DNA from: Octopus vulgaris
Lineage: Eukaryota
Direction: 5' to 3'
Length of the DNA: 64,000 nt
NCBI GenBank assembly: GCA_951406725.2
Contig: OX597823.1
Location: 40,734,001-40,798,000, forward strand
Shown: positions 56,242 to 64,000 of the stretch, one piece after another
How positions within the stretch are numbered: the first letter of the stretch is position 1
How the letters are laid out: the number at the start of each line of letters is the position of its first letter
Made by a program: the position numbers and the translations under genes
The notes under the pieces: model-generated
The model's database searches: none
What the model was told of the DNA's origin: nothing
The model's input: the letters and a program-made list of their open reading frames with translations, nothing else

Positions 56242-57198
56242 TGCATAAAATTTTACGTGGTAAAGAAAGGCTGAGAGTGTTTTCGAAGTTTCCACTCGCT
56301 CATAGTCGTCTTGCTCTCTGAAAACGAGTAGCAAGCTGGAACTTCGAAGTTATCCTCAACATTTTTTGCGTAAAAATTAATAAGTATGTAGTCGGCTTGA
56401 AGTTATTGAGTGATACTGGACTTTAAATTATTTATATATCTAACTGATAAGTTGGCATAAAATCAAACAATAATATATGTATGTATGTGTGTGTGACCTG
56501 GAAGAAATTTTTTTCAATCATTCATTAAACAGGCTGTGCAATTTTAGTTCCTGATTACTCAATATTTACTCATAATACAACCCATTTTGTTTTGCATTTC
56601 ATTGCATGAATTAAGCTCACATCACCAAATAAATTCCCTCTACATACGCAACGCCTTTTTTCTTGTAAGAAAAGTAAATAACCATTTACCTGCAATTCTG
56701 TAACTCATGAATTCAATTATCTTCAGCAACACTTCCATAAAGAATTGTGAACTTTAGAATCGTTTCTTTAGTGCTGTAATCATTATTTCTAAATTAATCA
56801 GACTATTTCAAGATCTCGTGTAAATAACTAAATAATCATACTTAACAACTAGCCTCTCGCTCCATCCAATGTTAGTTTACGAATTTTGAAAACTACTGCG
56901 ATGCTGGCCATTCAAGATGTGTATATCTCATCGCAGATGTGTATATCTCCTCTCCATATAGCTACATGCACGAACACACAAACACATACATACACAAACT
57001 CACACAAAGACACACACACACAAAGACACACACGCACACACACACACATATATACATATATGTATATGTATGTATGTATGTATATATATATACATATATA
57101 TATACATATATACATATATATATATATGATATTTATTTATATACTTACGTGTATATATATATATATGCATATATAATATTTATATATTTATATATATA

Positions 57199-57245
<47 letters not shown>

Positions 57246-57249
57246 TCAA

Positions 57250-57445
57250 TTAAAAAACACAGAAAAAGTAAAAGAAAGAAAACAAACGAACGTGTGGGCG
57301 TACCACAATCAGTGTATTAATAAGACGATCAGAGAAAGAAAAGAGTAGAAGTTTTACGTTTTGACCATAGCACTTCATCGGGAACAGAAAAAAAAAACAG
57401 AATATTCCAAGACAAACAAGGAAAAAAAATCGCCAACATTTTTCA
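57250..57445 (-). mobile_element. Short PLE-type element in (TA)n with a degenerate hammerhead (57351-57385)
   Basis: Minus strand gttc-CCGATGA-a-gtgc-tat-ggtc-AAAAC-GTA-aaac. Shares aaaaaatcgccaac with 17886. Confidence 0.6.
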
Positions 57446-57452
57446 ATGTATA

Positions 57453-57499
<47 letters not shown>

Positions 57500-57858
57500 C
57501 ACACTGCTTTTATGAAGGTCAACTGAAGGTAAATGTATATATTATATATTATAATATATAAGGCCTTAAATATATTTGCATCACATCTATACTCCACCCC
57601 CACATACGCAAACACACACATACATATAAAACTTATATGTAAGTAAATGTGAACCATATCAGGCACGCATAAATATTAATATATATAAGGCCTTTAAATA
57701 TATTTGCATATCTATGTATACCTTCTATGTATTTGTGCATATATATATATATATATATATAATGTATGTATGTATGCATGCATGAATGTATGTATGTGTG
57801 TGTGTATATATATATATGTACATAAATATCTAATAATATATATATATATGTATATATT

Positions 57859-57904
<46 letters not shown>

Positions 57905-58323
57905 TGTTTAACATTCGCATTATCAAATAGGCTGTGAAGCAGTAATGGTGTGATCTCGGCAGTGAGTTTGTGATGGCGGGGTGACAAGCTCTATAAAATT
58001 TCGTTTATTATACAAAGATAGGCAGACTGACACATCGCTTCAATATATCAACAAATAAAAACAATATAACAAAAATAAACAAAAAAACCCCTCAAATCAT
58101 AAATGGAAGTTCAAAAGAATTTCATGTCACAGACGACTTTAGCTTCCATTTCCAAAGAGTTTAACGTACATTATGCAATAAATATTGCAAATTCAGCGAA
58201 TGAAAAACGCAGACGATGATTTAGATATAATGTTCTATTAGCACCTGAATTTGGACGGCATAAATTAGAATTTCTTGATAGTTTTTACAGGTTTTATATT
58301 TCTCTCTGTTATAGATGTATACA

Positions 58324-58382
<59 letters not shown>

Positions 58383-59054
58383 TATACAGATATATGTAAG
58401 TATTTATGTTTACATATACACACATATATATGTATATATATATATATGCACATATATATATACACACATATATGTACATGTATATACACATACGTATACA
58501 TATATATACGTATACACACACACGCACACACACTTTATGGGGCAAGTTCGATATACATGTAAATATGCGTGTTTGCATGTACTTACGTATATGTGTTATA
58601 TAGCTGAATGTTTTAGAAGATCGATTCCCAAAACCCAACGTTCAGTGTTCGAGCATACAACTAAGGCAAAAGTAATATTCTATGACTTCGGATTGACCCA
58701 GATCTTGTGAAGGAAATTTGTTGGAAGTAAACAGCATAAAATACTATCGGATACATTGTGCTTATTAATTTATTGAACGAGGAATTCATTTCATCAGACA
58801 ACTGAATTATCTTCGCGAAACAGAGGAAGAATCGTCCATAACCACACACATGTATATATATATATATAACATTTATCATTCTTAATCAAGAATATCATTA
58901 TCAGTGACTTCGAAGATTCGGTCTGCTAAACCATTGCTAGGCTGCTGTCAGAAGAAGGCGTTAGTAGCCAATATTTCGAAGGCACTGTGAATACTCGACA
59001 AAAGTTTAGAATATCCTAACTGTATATATTGTAACTGACCATAAAAACAAACAT

Positions 59055-59102
<48 letters not shown>

Positions 59103-59126
59103 TTTATTATTTTATATATATATATA

Positions 59127-59376
59127 CTTTATTGAAAAGAAGCAAAATTATGACAAAAACTGTTACTCAAAGTTTCACGTTCCCGTTCATCGGAAAGTTT
59201 TGTTTAGAATGTATCTCGCTCCATACTAAACAAAACTGGTCGACGAACGGTAACGTGAAACTCTGAGTAACATTTCTTGTGATATTTTTGCTACTTTTTA
59301 ATGAAGCATATTACTCTACCTCTGGTATTCGAGTACTCCTTTTTGCACCTCGTCTCGCATTTATGTGCTTACTCTG

Positions 59377-59377
<1 letters not shown>
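59127..59377 (+). mobile_element. Fold-back PLE-type element in (TA)n, same family as 31719-31933
   Basis: Two inverted HHR-like motifs: CCGATGA-acg(ggaa)cgt-GAAAC-tttga-GTA on - (59160-59197) and TCGACGA-acg(gtaa)cgt-GAAAC-tctga-GTA on + (59236-59273). Confidence 0.75.
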
Positions 59378-59411
<34 letters not shown>

Positions 59412-59452
59412 GAAAGAAAGAATGGAGTCGAACGAAGATGTTAACAAAATTC

Positions 59453-59543
59453 CTTTACTCTCGACATATGTTTCGAAGACAACATGGTTTCATTCCAAAG
59501 GAATAAAGGGTGCATTATGTAATCTTCTCATCAGGAAAGAAAG
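59453..59543 (-). ncRNA. Type I hammerhead ribozyme (minus-strand copy)
   Basis: Reverse-complement copy of 59631-59721 with an intact core. Confidence 0.8.
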
Positions 59544-59630
59544 GGAGCCTCTCTCCACAACATTATCGTTTTGTTTACCATGTAGGCAATCATCGACATT
59601 TTTGTTTGTCTTGTTGTCGAGAGAGGCTAC

Positions 59631-59721
59631 CTTTCTTTCCTGATGAGAAGATTGCATAATGCACCCTTTATTCCTTTGGAATGAAACCATGTTGTCTTCG
59701 AAACATATGTCGAGAGTAAAG
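59631..59721 (+). ncRNA. Type I hammerhead ribozyme with an extended, branched stem II
   Basis: ctttc-CTGATGA(59640-46)-GAAGA..TCTTC-GAAAC(59700-04)-ATAT-GTC(59709-11)-gagag. All canonical core bases are present and three stems pair. Confidence 0.82.
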
Positions 59722-59915
59722 GAATTTTGTTAACATCTTCGTTCGACTCCATTCTTTCATTTATTCATATACAACACACAAATTTCTGCACATGAACCCG
59801 GAGTTTCTACCCTTGGACAGGTCGCTTCAACCGTGTTTCTGACGTGAAGTTGCTACCCTGGTTTCGGTTCAACGAATTTTCCATGCTGACGATAAACATA
59901 GGATAATTCATTCAC

Positions 59916-59958
<43 letters not shown>

Positions 59959-60143
59959 TGTGTGTTTGTAATGTATGTTTGTATGTATATGTTTGCAAGT
60001 GTGACTATATATATAAACGGAAAATACGGGATTCAGAGTTGATATAGTTAGTATAAGTTTTAATAATTAACATTTTATGGAGTGGTCGGGTATAAAATCT
60101 TTCAGTGTTGATTGAGTTGAAGGTGGTTCTGTCTCTAATACTA

Positions 60144-60222
<79 letters not shown>

Positions 60223-61111
60223 AAATGTGTGTATATATATAATAAGCAAAGGAACTAGTTAAGAAATCTCTATACGAGATGAAATTAATAGCTATTCTAA
60301 GTAATGTCTATCGCTACATCAATATGGCTGTTCCGTTGGAATCGAGGTTACTCCGCTACCTCGTTATCGATGCAATCTGCACCTGATATATTTTGCAACA
60401 AGAAACGTGAACACCTACCATCTTCTAGCAGATGTCGGGATCACCAGACTGTATGGTTTCCGGCTATCTGTGCCCATCCACAGTGAGGATTATCTCTGGC
60501 TTACCATCCCTGCAAGAACTGCAAGAAGTTGTTTTAACTGGTCCGTCGCACATATTGAGAACAGGATTGCTGCTGTAAATTTTCTTTCCTCCCCACTTTT
60601 ATCTTCTTTGCTTTTTTTCCTCATTTTCCCATATTTAAAAATTTTTTCCTATTTCCTTTTTCTGTCTTTCTTTCTTTCTTCCCCCTTTTTTATCACATGA
60701 CTTTGTAAATGACCAATCTGGTTTATTGACCTTCCAATGATCTTCCAATGTATACAATAAGTTTCTTTGCCCTAGGTGTCGGAAAGACACTCGGCAACAC
60801 CAATGTCTGACTGCAAGCAACTATACGAGCAAAATTATGAAAATAGGTCCTAATACCAAATGAAGAATGTGCAACCAGCACAGTAAAACCGTGGGTCACA
60901 TCATTTGTGTCTGTCCAGTCATAGCCAAATCTGAATATATATACACAGAGATGACCAAGTAGTTGGGTAATTTCCTAACACTACAGCTGGTGGGAGGAAC
61001 GGTTCTCCTCTTCGATGCTCCCATGATGGCAGATGATGACGCCAACTTGACGGGCTCTGTGTGTGCATGTGAGTGCGTGTGTGTGCGTGTGTGTGTGTGT
61101 TTGTGTGTGTA

Positions 61112-61145
<34 letters not shown>

Positions 61146-62828
61146 TCTATGTATTAATTTATTGAGAGGCTAAGAATCCATTTTTTGACGTATTTTCCCT
61201 TTCGAACGCAATATCTTACTATGTCTTCAGTACATTTTGGAGAAAATTCCTGTTACCTTTTCCGTATAAAGAATAGGATCTCGTTCATTTCTTTGTGTGA
61301 TAAGAAGCTCAACATATTTTAAAAGGAGGCGGCAAAGTTCCCAGTACACCGTGTTTGAAGAAAAAGAAAAGGTCATAATAAGTGCAATACCTTCTGATCG
61401 TAGGTGTACTCGATCGATACCTTTATGGGGCTAAGCAACATTAACTTTATGGTGCAAGTCGAAGAATATTCTTTAGAGAGCATCATGTAAATTAGTGGAT
61501 AAGATTATTGATAATGTTAGACCTGGTGAATAATTATTTGAAGCATTAAGGATTGTAAAAGTTTCATAAGTTAAAGTGCTACTGACATTAGAGATGGTAT
61601 CGACAGGTGGGTATAGATCATCATCATCAGAATCATCATCATCACCACCATCAACATCGTTATATTATTATTACATGCTTTCAACTGTCTGTGGTATATC
61701 TATATCCACCACCTTTATGTATCCCGAAGTGCTCCCATGTCATCGGCATCATTAAGTCAAATATTAGCACAGATAATTTTATGTAAAATATACTCGACAC
61801 TCCTTGTTAAAGAGTTCGATCAGGTCGATTTCGGAACATTTCCAACATAAAGTTACACCAAACTTCATTAGCCTAATCAATATGCATAAAGTTCACCGGT
61901 TCATTAGTAAGTTTCAGTTATAACCGGCCTGGACCATTCTGGGAATGCCGCTTTCATATGATGGAAGTTTCGGGTTATTATGTTAATATCTAATTACCAA
62001 CAGAATTAGATTTCTTTACTAAAATGGTATGCCATAGTTTATGAAACTTTTAAAGCGAATACCACAATTGATTTCAAAGTCATTATAGATATTTACTAAA
62101 AGAAAGTAACACCGCCGTATAATCCGGAAAGGTTTTCTCTTGTCCAAGTAATTCAATTCATTGGTTAGTGATTTTTACTAATGGATTCCAGCACATCAGG
62201 TAATAATCATGCATTAAACACCTATACCCTTCACCTTAGTCTTCAACATATTAATATTTAATAGATTCATGCTAAGAGCTCTCCTTGCTGAAAGCCTAGC
62301 TCTCAACCATTTCCAACAAAGGCATAGTATTATTAATCGATACTGTTAGTTCATTGAATATTTCGGCTTAAGCAGACGGGAAAACGAGTAATAACTTCTA
62401 TTAAGAGATAGAAAAGTGGTTGTAAGATAACATATACAGATTTTCCCCAAAAAGGTCTGAAGTCTTCCTAAAATATAATGAATTGAACGGAAATATATTC
62501 AATGGAATAAATAGAGTGTAATACGAAGATTAATCTTCTTCCATACGCTTGATATTGCTTGATATTCTTTACAAGTGAGAACATAATCTTAACGTCTCTT
62601 CTTTCAAATTTCTTGGATATCAGCATCAAAGCGAACAAACTATTGAATTAGGAAATAGTCTGGTAAGACTTGGAATTATTCGAACGAAATTCACTTGCCG
62701 GGTAGATTTGGTGATGAGCTTCTATGTACTCAAATTAAAACTACTTTTTCTTTCCACGTCATTTCTCTAGAATTGTGCAACTGTTCCCCCTAAAAAGTTA
62801 TTATTATTACTGTTGTTGGTTTTATGAA

Positions 62829-62829
<1 letters not shown>

Positions 62830-62920
<91 letters not shown>
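62830..62920. repeat. (TTA)n microsatellite
   Basis: Perfect array. Confidence 0.95.
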
Positions 62921-62924
<4 letters not shown>

Positions 62925-63163
62925 GCGAAGGATTTGTTCCAAAAGTTTTTCCACGAAAATATTTGATTTTCGAAGTTGGAAACATTAGACATGGGCAAGT
63001 GTGTTTGTGTTGTCAAGAACTTTTGTCTTGCAAGCAGGTAGTTCGTGGTTCTATTCTAATGCATGACACTTTTGGACAGTGACTTCGGTTGACCTGGTTA
63101 TGCAATTTGAGTGAAATTTCATTGAAGTAAATTGCTCAAAAATCCATTGTGTATGTATGTATG

Positions 63164-63194
<31 letters not shown>

Positions 63195-63788
63195 GCATAC
63201 ATGCTGTGTGTGTGAATATAAGTATGTATATATGTATAAGAGCCCATATATGTATGCATATTTACTGTCTGTGTATATGATTATATGTATGCGTATATCT
63301 ACATATGTATGCACACACATATGTGACAAATTTGGTCAACAAAGCCAATCCTCGCGTAGAACATACGATTGCATTGGTCACATCTGAATGTCGCAGTCGA
63401 TTGTGGTTGCAGGTGTTTGGCCTTCCATTGCCGTTGTATCTCCTCTTCCTTTTTTATTCTTTTTCTGTCAAACAGTATTACATTACATTTTGTTGGTGGT
63501 CGGGACGGTGTGCAATAAAGAAACAGAATAGTAAGACTATCAGTAGAAACAGGAAATCCAACGTCTCATAGAGAAAGAAAGTAGATGGCATGAGTTTAAT
63601 TAAGGTGGGTCATGACTTACCAGGAAGCGACCCATGAAGAGGGGAGGAGAGTTGAGCCCATATGGCGCAAAGGAGTAATGTTTTTACCATTTGGATGTTT
63701 TCTGTTTTTTTAAGAAGGGCGGTAAGCGCATGTATAACATTTAAAAGGGCCTGCATAGAAAGAGCATAATAAACCTGCAATTTGTATG

Positions 63789-64000
63789 AGGGCGGTGAGC
63801 TGGTAAAGTCATTTTCTGTACCGAACAAAATGTTTAGCCTTATGTCTTTAGGTTCTGAGCTCAAATTCTACTGAGCTTGAGTATGCTTTTCATTCATTCC
63901 TGATCAATAAAATAAAGTACCAGCTGACAACAAGTTGAGCGCAGTGGTTCTGTGTAAGGGGCTTGTCCTTCCCCTTAAAATCGCTGGTCTTGTACCAACA
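63789..64000 (+). mobile_element. SINE family A, running to the window end
   Basis: ggcggtgagctggtaaagtc..ttctgagctcaaattc..ataaagtaccagctga..gctggtcttgtacc. Confidence 0.75.

Larger units (their letters stand above)
59410..59920 (+). mobile_element. Young fold-back PLE-type element in (TA)n with 147-bp inverted arms
   Basis: Arms 59416-59562 and 59612-59758 differ at only 3 positions, with a 49-bp spacer and a unique 3' extension to about 59920. (TA)n on both sides. Confidence 0.85.

Noticed and set aside
61660-62750. Possible ancient RT/Penelope remnant
   Set aside because: Only vague peptide echoes; no diagnostic motif recovered by eye.

Overview
AT-rich, microsatellite-dense animal genomic DNA. 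The SINE families and repeat style suggest an octopus (coleoid cephalopod); this is recognition from memory, not a database result. I can support no host exon, rRNA, true tRNA or CRISPR array, and almost all listed ORFs are microsatellite artefacts. The window is a mosaic of transposons: at least three tRNA-derived SINE families (two copies with 17-bp target-site duplications, TSDs), R4/Dong-clade LINE fragments sitting in (TAA)n, an L1/Tx1-like 3' fragment, a full-length decayed MULE (FLYWCH + DDE), a deleted Tc1/mariner, a non-autonomous Helitron and a Penelope-like (PLE) GIY-YIG fragment. The most interesting signal is a set of short, mostly (TA)n-embedded and often fold-back elements carrying type I hammerhead ribozyme (HHR) motifs from at least three sequence families. 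They include a canonical HHR with a branched stem II on both strands (59416-59758), a CCGANGA core variant (31824, 59160, 23721) and a minimal HHR that can only fold as a dimer (41398). One motif lies just downstream of the GIY-YIG remnant, which links them to PLEs. All ribozyme calls are motif and fold inferences and are untested.
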